A DNA stretch of 32,000 bases from Mycobacterium leprae TN (GTDB lineage Bacteria > Actinomycetota > Actinomycetes > Mycobacteriales > Mycobacteriaceae), in the NCBI RefSeq assembly GCF_000195855.1, contig NC_002677.1, positions 2,670,001-2,702,000 on the forward strand. Reading direction: 5' to 3'. The notes under the pieces are model-generated. The model worked only from the letters and a program-made list of their open reading frames with translations. It did no database searches and was not told where the DNA came from. Position numbers and translations under genes: made by a program. The stretch's first letter is position 1. Every line of letters starts with the position of its first letter. This document shows positions 9,520 through 17,461 of the stretch, piece by piece.

Positions 9520-10290
9520 GTCATTTGGTGGTTATTTTTTGCTGGTTTGGTTTGGGTGGTGTTGTGGTGGGCTGGTGGGGTGTGGGTGGTTGATCTGCGC
9601 TAGAAGGTTGCCGTATGTGCCGCCGACGGCCGGATCATCGATGCACTGTTCACTAACACGATACTGCTGCACCCGGCGGCATGCCTGCTTGCTGGCTGAG
9701 GGCCGGTCAACAAGCCGCCGACACCGATACCAGCGGCAGAAATGGTGCAAGGGATAACATCAGGTGCGAATAGTTATACCGTGCACGGGGACGTGCCTGT
9801 TCAGGTGCGGCCACATTGACCACGCCGACACCTCAAGGCCATGACATGCACACTAAAACGCCCCTACCCCGCGGCGCTAACAACTATCCTCACACTCACG
9901 CCTGCATCGATATCGCCTTCAGCACAGCCCAGGTGCCCAGCCCCTGGCATCATCAACATGTAGACCAAGCAGCACCCACCACCGACATGCTTACGTGCGC
10001 CGCGCTAATCGTGTCCACTGCGGCAAAGCACACGAAGCCTCATCGAAAGCAGGCAGTCAGCCACCCACCAACAAAAACCCCGCAACACAGCAAAACACGT
10101 CAACAGGATTCCGGGCTGCCCCCCACGACTACCGAACATATCGGCCAGTCATAAAACGCAAAAACAGCCATTTCACCCACCACCTATGAAACCAACCGAA
10201 CAACTCACCGCCACAGACACAAGACAGCAGAGCCCGGGAACCGCACGATTTTTGACGCCACTCAGGCCAAGTTGGCAACCACGTGGTAGG
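9520..10290 (-). repeat. RLEP dispersed repeat of M. leprae (core certain, boundaries approximate)
   Basis: 9598-9620 cgctagaaggttgccgtatgtgc, 9621-9641 cgccgacggccggatcatcga and 9642-9667 match the RLEP real-time PCR primer/probe set as I recall it. 9722-9741 caccgataccagcggcagaa and 9831-9850 cctcaaggccatgacatgca match the classical 129-bp RLEP primer pair, and the two sites span exactly 129 bp here. The published forward primers read on the minus strand, so I assign minus orientation. The ends are set only from the GT-rich (9527-9595) and CA-rich (10060-10215) arms. Confidence 0.9.
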
Positions 10291-10539
10291 ACCTAGATGC
10301 TCGACAACCGTGAACGACTGGACTCGCTGACGGATGGTTGCCAGATTGAACACCCGGTTAATTCTCGCAACACTGTCCAGCCCGATTGCTCACACCGGAC
10401 ACGCCAGATTGGCTTACGCCCTATACTAGAACGGCGGGTCCTTAGCAATCTCCCTGCTAATAACGCTGTTGCAGAAAATGTAGCCATCGAACCATTACAA
10501 CCCCGCGACGGCAAAGGCGACTGCTACCCTCACGGGGGC

Positions 10540-10576
10540 GACCAGCCCTGCGGGCCGAGGGCCCGCAGGGCTGGTC
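10540..10576. repeat. Perfect GC-rich inverted repeat (17-bp stem, 3-nt loop)
   Basis: gaccagccctgcgggcc (10540-10556), gag, then ggcccgcagggctggtc (10560-10576), with no mismatch. It lies in unassignable DNA between RLEP and the menE-proximal relic. Confidence 0.9.
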
Positions 10577-10674
10577 TAAAGTTAGCCTATGCATGGGGAA
10601 AGCCAACCTAATACTGCCACTGCCGAAAGCCTCGTCAACATTAGGCTGTAATTGATGAAAACTCCCCCGGCCGA

Positions 10675-10700
10675 GCAAAAGAGCCGCGCGGGGCGGCTAG
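10675..10700 (-). terminator. Candidate intrinsic terminator on the minus strand
   Basis: The minus strand reads agccgc-cccgc-gcggct followed by cttttgc. It lies about 55 nt downstream of the stop of the minus-strand relic ORF ending at 10754. The stem is short (6 bp), so confidence is low. Confidence 0.3.
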
Positions 10701-10753
10701 CACGAGAAAAATTCACTATAACAGTGGACCGTCAGCACTGACAGTACGATACT

Positions 10754-11376
10754 CTATGATGTGGCGACATCGGCGAAGTATCCATCTGCAAAGGCCGTGC
10801 CCCAGATCGCTGTGGGCTCTACCGCGACGAGGGAGGCTGCCCGTCGGGCAGTATACGTGCCGGCCAGTTCGCGGACGGCAATTACCATGGCCGCCGCCGC
10901 GTTGGACCTGACCAGCAAACACAGCAGCCCGGCCCAGACACTGCTTGTCCGTGCAGGACGATTCGGTCTAGCTACACGAACGTCAGCAGCGCACCCGGCG
11001 ACATTGCGTGGTCCAGACGTTGGGCCGGAAGTCGAGGATGCGACTGGAGAACGTGCGTAGCGTTGCTGGGATGTCGATGACGCCAGGCACTGCCCACAGA
11101 TACTCATCCCTGGTGGTCACTTGCTGGCCAAGCCTTGCTGCCAGCCGTCGATCACGAACAGCGAAAAGGGCTTACCCGCAGGCGGTGACCCAAGTGCCCG
11201 GCGTCAGCACTCGCCACGAAAATGGACGTCCCAATAGGCCGGATATCGGTGCGACGCCGGCGTGCATGGCAAACCGTTCTAGCCGGGTGTCTCGCCACGG
11301 ATGGATACCGCAGTTCAACCGCTGCTGCGACGGACAATGTCTTTCGGCGACCTATCTTCACGATCGGTCAGCCTAA
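10754..11376 (-). pseudogene. Probable remnant of an integral-membrane protein gene downstream of menE (Rv0541c position)
   Basis: Only a short membrane-protein-like stretch is recognisable (AAAMVIAVRELAGTYTARRAASLVAVEPTAIWGTAFADGYFADV, ORF 10754-11107). The surrounding frames are broken. The assignment rests mostly on position. Confidence 0.25.
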
Positions 11377-12483
11377 TTAACCGGACTTGGCGAACCGGCG
11401 CACTAACGCCGTGCGATCGACCTTTCCGATGCCACGTCGTGGCAGTGTATCAACGATGTGTAGCTCGCGCGGTGCGGCCATGGCGTCCAGTCTGCGGGTG
11501 ACATGTGCCCGCAACATGCTCAGCGTCGGCGTTGCGTAACCGTCAGTCAGTACCACTGCGGCTACTACCCGCTGACCTAGCCGGTCGTCAGTAAGCCCGA
11601 ACACCGCACAGTCGCTGACCGCGGGATGGGTGCACAGCGCAGCTTCGACGGGTCCTGGCAGCACGGTTAGCCCACCCGTGCTGATCGCGTCGTCGGCCCG
11701 ACCCAGCACTGTTAGCACACCCGAGCCATCGACAGTACCGAGGTCGTCTGTGTGGAACCAACCCGATTCGGCGAACGGGTCGGGAACGATCGGATTGCGA
11801 TAGCCCTTGGCCAAGGTCGCACCACCGATCGCTACGTGGCCATTGACCAGTACGCGTATGCACACACCATCCAGCGGGACGCCGTCGTAAACGCAACCTC
11901 CCGCAGTCTCGCTCATCCCATAGGTGCCGACCACCATGATGCCGGCAGATGTTGCGGCATCCAGGATCGGCCGGGGAGCTGGTCCGCCACCAACGAGGAC
12001 GGCATCCAATTCGGCTAGCACGGCCGTGGCCGTTGAGTCGGTGAGCGCCTTGGCCAGCTGGGTAGCGACCAGTGACGTGTATCGTCGACCGGTACCCAAT
12101 CGACCCACCGCGTCCGGCAGTTTGGCGAGGTCAAACCCGGCAGAAATGTCCAACTCGATGGGTACCGAACCGGCCAGCACGCTACGCACCAGCACCTGAA
12201 GCCCGCCGATATGATACGGCGGCAAAGCCAGCAGCCAGCTGCCCGGACCACCAAGGCGGTCGTGGGTGGCCGACGCGCTGGCAGTCAAGGCGGCGGCAGT
12301 CAGCAAGGCGCCCTTGGGCACACCTGTCGTTCCCGACGTGGTGGCCACTAAAGCCACATCGTCGTCGATCTCTTCACCTACTCGCAAAGCACGCAGCGCA
12401 GCGATGGGTTCATGCTGAGCCGGTACCACGACCATTGCGGGAGCGCGGCCATCCAGGATTCGTTCCAGCGTGGGCAGCAACAA
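11377..12483 (-). CDS. menE: O-succinylbenzoate-CoA ligase (adenylate-forming enzyme, menaquinone pathway)
   Basis: 368-aa ORF with the AMP-binding motifs TSGTTGVPKGALL, YGMSETAGG and TDDLG, plus a terminal IGKVDR. It is short like MenE rather than FadD. The first codon in the track is TTG, so the start is not certain. Confidence 0.88.
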   Translation of the reverse strand: MLLPTLERILDGRAPAMVVVPAQHEPIAALRALRVGEEIDDDVALVATTSGTTGVPKGALLTAAALTASASATHDRLGGPGSWLLALPPYHIGGLQVLVRSVLAGSVPIELDISAGFDLAKLPDAVGRLGTGRRYTSLVATQLAKALTDSTATAVLAELDAVLVGGGPAPRPILDAATSAGIMVVGTYGMSETAGGCVYDGVPLDGVCIRVLVNGHVAIGGATLAKGYRNPIVPDPFAESGWFHTDDLGTVDGSGVLTVLGRADDAISTGGLTVLPGPVEAALCTHPAVSDCAVFGLTDDRLGQRVVAAVVLTDGYATPTLSMLRAHVTRRLDAMAAPRELHIVDTLPRRGIGKVDRTALVRRFAKSG

Positions 12484-12527
12484 TGGAGCTGCGGAACCCG
12501 ACGTAACGCTAAGCGAGCGAAGGACGG

Positions 12528-12830
12528 CTATGTGGGTTCTCCGTTGTCCCGTGCGTTATCGAGCAGCCAGCCCTTGGCGTTCAACCGTGTCCGTACCCGT
12601 TCGATGTCCTGCGGGGACGGCAGCTCGTCGGTTAGGTGGCTGATCATTACACCGATGTCGATCTTGTCAAATTCGCCGCGCCGTATCAGCTCTCTGGCGA
12701 CGAGTTTCACTTCGTCGTTGGTCAATCGGCGGGCTAGCAGCGCGAGCACCGCGAAAGTATCGGTCGCTGGGATGCCTTCCGGATATCCCGCGCGCAGCCA
12801 CGAAACGATTGAAGTAAGGAATCGGTTCAC
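12528..12830 (-). CDS. Conserved hypothetical protein, DUF3349 family (Rv0543c-like)
   Basis: Intact 100-aa ORF (GTG start) reading MNRFLTSIVSWLRAGYPEGIPATDTFAVLALLARRLTNDEVKLVARELIRRGEF..., the typical DUF3349 N-terminus. It lies 44 bp upstream of menE on the same strand. Confidence 0.8.
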   Translation of the reverse strand: MNRFLTSIVSWLRAGYPEGIPATDTFAVLALLARRLTNDEVKLVARELIRRGEFDKIDIGVMISHLTDELPSPQDIERVRTRLNAKGWLLDNARDNGEPT

Positions 12831-12859
12831 TTTGCTGCAATTCTGCGCAGTCGGTACAA

Positions 12860-13150
12860 TTAGGGCTTAATTCCCAGGAACGGGTAATGGGTGTGATGAG
12901 CGATGAAGTCTCTGCTGACGATGTAAAGCACCCCGAGGATGACCACCATAAGAACCAGCGCGTAGATCACCCAAGCGAGTGTAACGAGGATTGGCTTGCG
13001 GTGTGGAGTGGCGTTGTTGGTGCTAGCGTCTCCAGCGTCGTTGACTTGCAGCCGGATCCCGAGCGCGAACAGCCCCGGCAATGCCGCACCGGCCAGCGTG
13101 CTGAAAAGAAGGATCTTGAGGGTGGCCTCGTAGTTGAACCAAGGGCTCAA
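12860..13150 (-). CDS. Small membrane protein, two predicted TM helices (Rv0544c-like)
   Basis: The 96-aa ORF has hydrophobic segments LKILLFSTLAGAALPGLFALGI and ILVTLAWVIYALVLMVVILGVLYIV. Its TTG start (13150-13148) overlaps the pitA TGA stop (13149-13147) as TTGA. Confidence 0.7.
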   Translation of the reverse strand: MSPWFNYEATLKILLFSTLAGAALPGLFALGIRLQVNDAGDASTNNATPHRKPILVTLAWVIYALVLMVVILGVLYIVSRDFIAHHTHYPFLGIKP

Positions 13151-14418
13151 GAGGCGTTCCTTACGCCAACCGTGTGGTGACTAGAGCGGTAGCGAGGCAG
13201 GGTAGCACTCAATTTAGGGCCCACATCAGAGTGTGGCTTATGTTCGTCCGAACCGTCGAGTCCAGCGGTCAAGCTGCCTTCCCAGTTTTCATTGACGTTC
13301 TTGTGGTCGACCTTGACCTTACGCGACCGGATGTAGATGGCGACAGAGGCCGCGACCAACAGCGAGAACCCTATGACCGCGCCGGGATAACCACCGATTA
13401 GATGCACGATCCAGTAGGTGACTGCTCCCACCGAACCAGCCAACGGAAGCGTGACCAGCCACGCGGTGGCCATCCGACCAGCCACGCCCCACCGAACCTC
13501 GCCGCCGGGTTTGCCCAACCCGCTGCCCAGCACCGAACCAGTGCAGACTTGGGTCGTGGACAACGCGTAACCAAAGTGTGCGGACAACAGAATGACCGCG
13601 GCCGAGGATGATTCGGCGGCCATTCCTTGCGGTGGCTTGATCTCCACCATCCCCTTGCCCAAAGTGCGGATGATTCGCCAGCCGCCCAGGTAGGTACCCG
13701 CGGCAATGGCTATAGCGCAACACACGATCACCCACAGCGGCGGCGTGGAAGCGGTCTTGCTGACTGTTCCATAGGACATCAGAGCCAGGAAGATCACGCC
13801 CATCGTCTTCTGTGCGTCGTTGGTCCCGTGTGCAAGTGAAACTAGCGACGCCGAGCCGATCTGGCCGCGCCGAAACCTGGTGTCGGTGCTCATAGCTGGA
13901 ACACTGCGAGTGATCGCGTAGACCAACCAGGTGGCCACCGCCCCAACAACGATGGCCAGCAACGCGGCAATAATGGCCGGAATAATCACCTTGGATATGA
14001 CACCGCTCCAGATCACCCCGTGACCGCCGACAGCAGCGATCCTGGCGCCGACGATACCGCCAATCAGTGCGTGCGAGGAACTCGACGGGATACCGAGAAG
14101 CCAGGTCAGCAAATTCCAGACGATACCGCCGACCAGGCCGGCGAACACCAGTTCCAGCGTTACCAGATCCGCCTCGATCAGATCCTTGGCAATCGTGGCT
14201 GCGACTGCGGTAGACAAGAACGCGCCGACCAGGTTCAAAATGGCAGAGAAGAACACCGCCACCTTTGGTGCGAGCGCACCACTGGCGATCGAGGTCGCCA
14301 TGGCGTTCCCGGTGTCGTGAAAACCGTTGGTGAAGTCGAAGGCCAGTGCCGTGATCACGACAATGATCAAGAGGAACAAATTGATGTTCACAGCGCCTGA
14401 TTCTCGTGGTCTGGGCAA
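13147..14418 (-). CDS. pitA: Low-affinity inorganic phosphate transporter, PiT family
   Basis: The ORF contains the PHO4 signature FDFTNGFHDTGNAMATSI and its second copy SLAHGTNDAQKTMGVI, with many TM helices. The track start is a TTG at 14418. A GTG at 14391 (VNINLFLL...) fits the M. tuberculosis N-terminus better. Confidence 0.93.
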   Translation of the reverse strand: MPRPRESGAVNINLFLLIIVVITALAFDFTNGFHDTGNAMATSIASGALAPKVAVFFSAILNLVGAFLSTAVAATIAKDLIEADLVTLELVFAGLVGGIVWNLLTWLLGIPSSSSHALIGGIVGARIAAVGGHGVIWSGVISKVIIPAIIAALLAIVVGAVATWLVYAITRSVPAMSTDTRFRRGQIGSASLVSLAHGTNDAQKTMGVIFLALMSYGTVSKTASTPPLWVIVCCAIAIAAGTYLGGWRIIRTLGKGMVEIKPPQGMAAESSSAAVILLSAHFGYALSTTQVCTGSVLGSGLGKPGGEVRWGVAGRMATAWLVTLPLAGSVGAVTYWIVHLIGGYPGAVIGFSLLVAASVAIYIRSRKVKVDHKNVNENWEGSLTAGLDGSDEHKPHSDVGPKLSATLPRYRSSHHTVGVRNAS

Positions 14419-14488
14419 TCCATTGTCGAATTAACTGTTGCATGAATCGCAGGTAAGCTGCGACCCAGCGCCAAATGTTACCGTGCAA

Positions 14489-14905
14489 TTAATCCGGTGT
14501 TCTGGGGCGTTCACTCCTTGTGTCCCGGCGTAGCGGGTGATTGGCAGGAACCTCTACAAAGATCAAGGTAATCTCGTCCGGGTCGGTCACATGCATCTCG
14601 TGTAAGCCCCACGGTTCCCGACGCGGTTCGCGGGTGATGGAGACGCCGCGGCCTTCCAGGTCGGCTTGGGTTACGGCGATGTCGCGGACCTGCAGCCACA
14701 GCGCACCGGGAAAGGCCCCCCGGGAGTGGTCCGGTGCCCCCTGAATGACATAGCCGGCTAGTTCGAGAAGCGACTGTCCGGCGAAAAAGACTGTGCCTGT
14801 ACCATATTCGCGGGCAATCGCCAACCCGATCTGATCCCGGTAGAAGCTCAGCGACCGTTGATAGTCTGTCGGTCGGAGCAGCATCCGGCTGGCCAGGATC
14901 TCCAT
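14489..14905 (-). CDS. VOC (glyoxalase/bleomycin-resistance/dioxygenase) family protein (Rv0546c-like)
   Basis: From the ATG at 14905 the protein reads MEILASRMLLRPTDYQRSLSFYRDQIGLAIAREYGTGTVFFAG...EPWGLHEMHVTDPDEITLIFVE, a typical VOC beta-alpha-beta-beta-beta module. The ORF is open to a GTG at 14923. Confidence 0.8.
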   Translation of the reverse strand: MEILASRMLLRPTDYQRSLSFYRDQIGLAIAREYGTGTVFFAGQSLLELAGYVIQGAPDHSRGAFPGALWLQVRDIAVTQADLEGRGVSITREPRREPWGLHEMHVTDPDEITLIFVEVPANHPLRRDTRSERPRTPD

Positions 14906-15315
14906 GGCCTTTGTGTCTACCACGTATTGACGATAGTGATTTTAGTCGCGCACTTGCTTCGCAGAGGATCCACCGCTGGGCCCAGTGAGGTCGTCGCACG
15001 CGATCTGCCAGCCAGGGCAAGCAGCAGCGATAGCAATGAGCCCTCGACCTTCTCGCCCACTTTGTGCTGCAGTCGTGGTCGGTGACGTAGAAGACGAGTC
15101 TAGCGATCCGGCTTTTCGAACCTATGATGAACGTGTTCGAGCCATTGTATCCATTGTATGAAGTCAATCACCTGGCGCACTGAGTTTGGTGTGTAGGTGT
15201 GTGGGATGCCCAACTGGCGAAGGACATTGGCGCCGTGTACTGACCACCTCGCCAGACCAAGAAGCTGTGGATCCCGGCGGTGCTGAGGTGGAATTCTGTA
15301 GGCCACGGAACTCGT

Positions 15316-15353
15316 TCTAAGATAGCAACCGGACTCTAAGATAGCAACCGGAC
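15316..15353. repeat. Perfect tandem duplication, 2 x 19 bp
   Basis: tctaagatagcaaccggac occupies 15316-15334 and is repeated exactly at 15335-15353, followed by a partial third start (tca). It lies in non-coding, decayed DNA. Confidence 0.95.
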
Positions 15354-15639
15354 TCAGTGCCGCTATGGTTGGCGATCTGACCAATGGTGAACTTATCGAA
15401 GCTGAAACCGGCTTTGGTCATGCCCAGCGGGCGGGTGGCTGGCTTCAGCGAGGCAATGGCCTATAGGTACGCAACGATATCGTGCACCGTCCAAGCTGCT
15501 GTACAGTGATGGCGTGTCCCATCGGTACTACGTGATATTGACGAGGGCGTCGCGCTCGGTCACGAGCATGATGGTGCAGAGGTCCGACATGGCCAACTCC
15601 TCAGGTGAGTGAGAGGCGCCGAGCTGGATGGGGAGCTGT

Positions 15640-16536
15640 TGTATTTGAGTGTCCGTTGCATGAGTGCATTGACCCAGCGGGGGCCGACAGTGTCTAACGC
15701 CCCCGGCCACAATCGCGACCCGCGGTGCGATACGTAACGGCCGGCTGCGGACTGGCCGTCACAATCCACTCGGCCACCTCATGCGGCGTTAACACGGGCA
15801 TCCCACGGTAGGCAGGCCTTCGTCGGTGCGATTAACTGCGATTAACGGAGTGGCCACGAGAGAGTAATCAAGTAACACAGCGGCGTCGAATGCACACCTT
15901 GACGGCCCGACTCGGTCTCAGCGATCCGGCTAACCGCTAACAGCGCGCTTCGATGCAATATACACCGAGTGTAGCGGCGCGTCCTCCGACAACACGCCCA
16001 ATGTGGTTACGTTGATGATGTGCCCATCACCGCGCTCAAACATCCCGGTTGCAAACCCGCGCATCAACCGCAGGGGGGCGTACTAGTTGAGCGCCATGGT
16101 CCGCTCGACATCGCTCCAGCATTTTAACGATTTAGCCAGTGGACGGCGAATGGACCGGCCGGCGTTATTAATCAGGATATCGACCCCGCCGAGGCGTCTT
16201 TGGACATCAGCGATCAGCGTGTTCACTGCGTCCACGTCCGAAATGTAACACGAGATCGGCAGTGCCATGCCCCCCACTGTCGTGATCCGGTCCACAACCC
16301 CATCGAGCAGATCCTGGCAGCGGGCAACCGTGACCACGGTGGCGCCATTTCGTGCGAACTGTTCGGCGGCGACCTCGTCGATGCCCGACGAGGTTCCAGT
16401 CAACAGGATCCGCTTACCGCTGAGTTCAGCGAGTTTGATCGCAAGCCGGTTTATACAGTAGTTGGGGCGAAACCGGCGGTCGCATGCCGGCCAACGTGAT
16501 CTGATTGGTGAACCAACGCAGCGGATTTTTGCTCAT
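15640..16536 (-). pseudogene. Short-chain dehydrogenase/reductase pseudogene (Rv0547c-like)
   Basis: The minus-strand ATG at 16536 gives MSKNPLRWFTNQITLAGMRPPVSPQLL..., then a stop. A second frame carries GKRILLTGTSSGI...ILINNAGRSIRRPL (ORF 16083-16403). Further frames carry YAPLRLMRGFATGMFERGDGHIINV and the C-terminal ALDTVGPRWVNALMQR (ORF 15560-15769). Confidence 0.7.
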
Positions 16537-16558
16537 AAGTGGGGAATTTAAGCGGCGC

Positions 16559-17461
16559 TCAAAAATAGCGCGGGAACGAACTCCAGTCCGGGGCACGCTT
16601 CTGCAGGAACGCATCGCGGCCCTCGACGGCCTCATCGGTCATGTATGCCAGCCGGGTAGCCTCACCCGCGAAAAGCTGCTGACCCACCAGACCATCGTCG
16701 AGCAGATTAAACGCGAATTTCAGCATCCGTTGTGCCTGAGGTGATTTGGCGTTGATCTCTGCCGCCCATTCCAGACCCATCGTCTCCAGGTTTGCGTGCT
16801 CGGCGACAGCGTTTACCGCGCCCATATGATGCATCTGCTCGGCAGTGTAGGCGCGGCCGAGTAGGAAGATTTCGCGTGCGAACTTCTGGCCTATCTGACG
16901 GGCCAAATAAGCACTGCCGTAGCCACCGTCGAAGCTACCTACGTCGGCATCGGTCTGCTTGAAACGGGCATGTTCGCGGCTGGCCAAAGTGAGATCGCAG
17001 ATCACGTGTAGACTGTGTCCACCGCCAGCAGCCCACCCGTTGACCAAGCAAATCACCACCTTAGGCATGAACCGGATCAATCGCTGTACTTCGAGAATGT
17101 GTAGCCTGCCTGCGCGTGCGACATCAACCGTGTCCGCGGTGTCACCGCTTGCGTACTGGTAGCCGGAGCGCCCGCGAATGCGCTGGTCGCCACCAGAGCA
17201 AAATGCCCAGACACCGTCGCGCGGGCTAGGCCCGTTGCCGGTTAGCAATACCACTCCCACGTCGGGCGACATCCGAGCATGGTCAAGGACGCGGTAGAGC
17301 TCGTCTACAGTGTGCGGCCGGAACGCGTTGCGTACTTCGGGACGGTTGAACGCCACCCGCACCGTGGCGCCGTTGACGTAGCGGTGATAGGTAATGTCGG
17401 TCAAATCGCCGAAACCGTCGATAAGTCGCCACAATTTGGCATCAAAAGGATTATTACTCAA
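16559..17461 (-). CDS. menB: 1,4-dihydroxy-2-naphthoyl-CoA synthase (crotonase fold)
   Basis: The sequence is a near-continuous MenB (DITYHRYVNGATVRVAFNRPEVRNAFRP...GGDQRIRG...VNGWAAGGGHSLHVICDLTLAS...DADVGSFDGGYGSAYLAR...). The ORF is open to 17623, but that extension is Arg/Pro/His-rich. The first plausible start is the TTG at 17461 (MSNNPFDAK), with GGAG 12-15 nt upstream, which gives 300 aa. Confidence 0.92.
   Translation of the reverse strand: MSNNPFDAKLWRLIDGFGDLTDITYHRYVNGATVRVAFNRPEVRNAFRPHTVDELYRVLDHARMSPDVGVVLLTGNGPSPRDGVWAFCSGGDQRIRGRSGYQYASGDTADTVDVARAGRLHILEVQRLIRFMPKVVICLVNGWAAGGGHSLHVICDLTLASREHARFKQTDADVGSFDGGYGSAYLARQIGQKFAREIFLLGRAYTAEQMHHMGAVNAVAEHANLETMGLEWAAEINAKSPQAQRMLKFAFNLLDDGLVGQQLFAGEATRLAYMTDEAVEGRDAFLQKRAPDWSSFPRYF

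Noticed and set aside
9816-10154. 112-aa ORF inside RLEP (Thr/Pro/His-rich) as a possible transposase or repeat-encoded protein
   Set aside because: It is low-complexity and reflects the CA-rich arm composition. It has no DDE, HTH or recombinase motif. RLEP is described as non-coding with no known mobility functions.
13319-14488. 389-aa ORF on the minus strand overlapping pitA in another frame
   Set aside because: It is extremely Arg/Gly/His-rich and has no recognisable motifs. It lies entirely over the strongly supported PiT-family frame. Long alternative-frame ORFs like this are a typical artefact of GC-rich coding DNA.
14511-15167. 218-aa minus-strand ORF overlapping the VOC-family gene
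   Set aside because: It is an alternative frame of a well-supported gene and then runs into decayed DNA. Its composition is Arg/Pro-rich and no domain signature is present.
15385-15640. Possible antitoxin-like or mobile-element remnant between the 19-bp duplication and the SDR pseudogene
   Set aside because: Only short, ambiguous peptide similarities were found (for example DLCTIMLVTERDALVNI). There are no paired toxin ORF, inverted repeats or transposase motifs.
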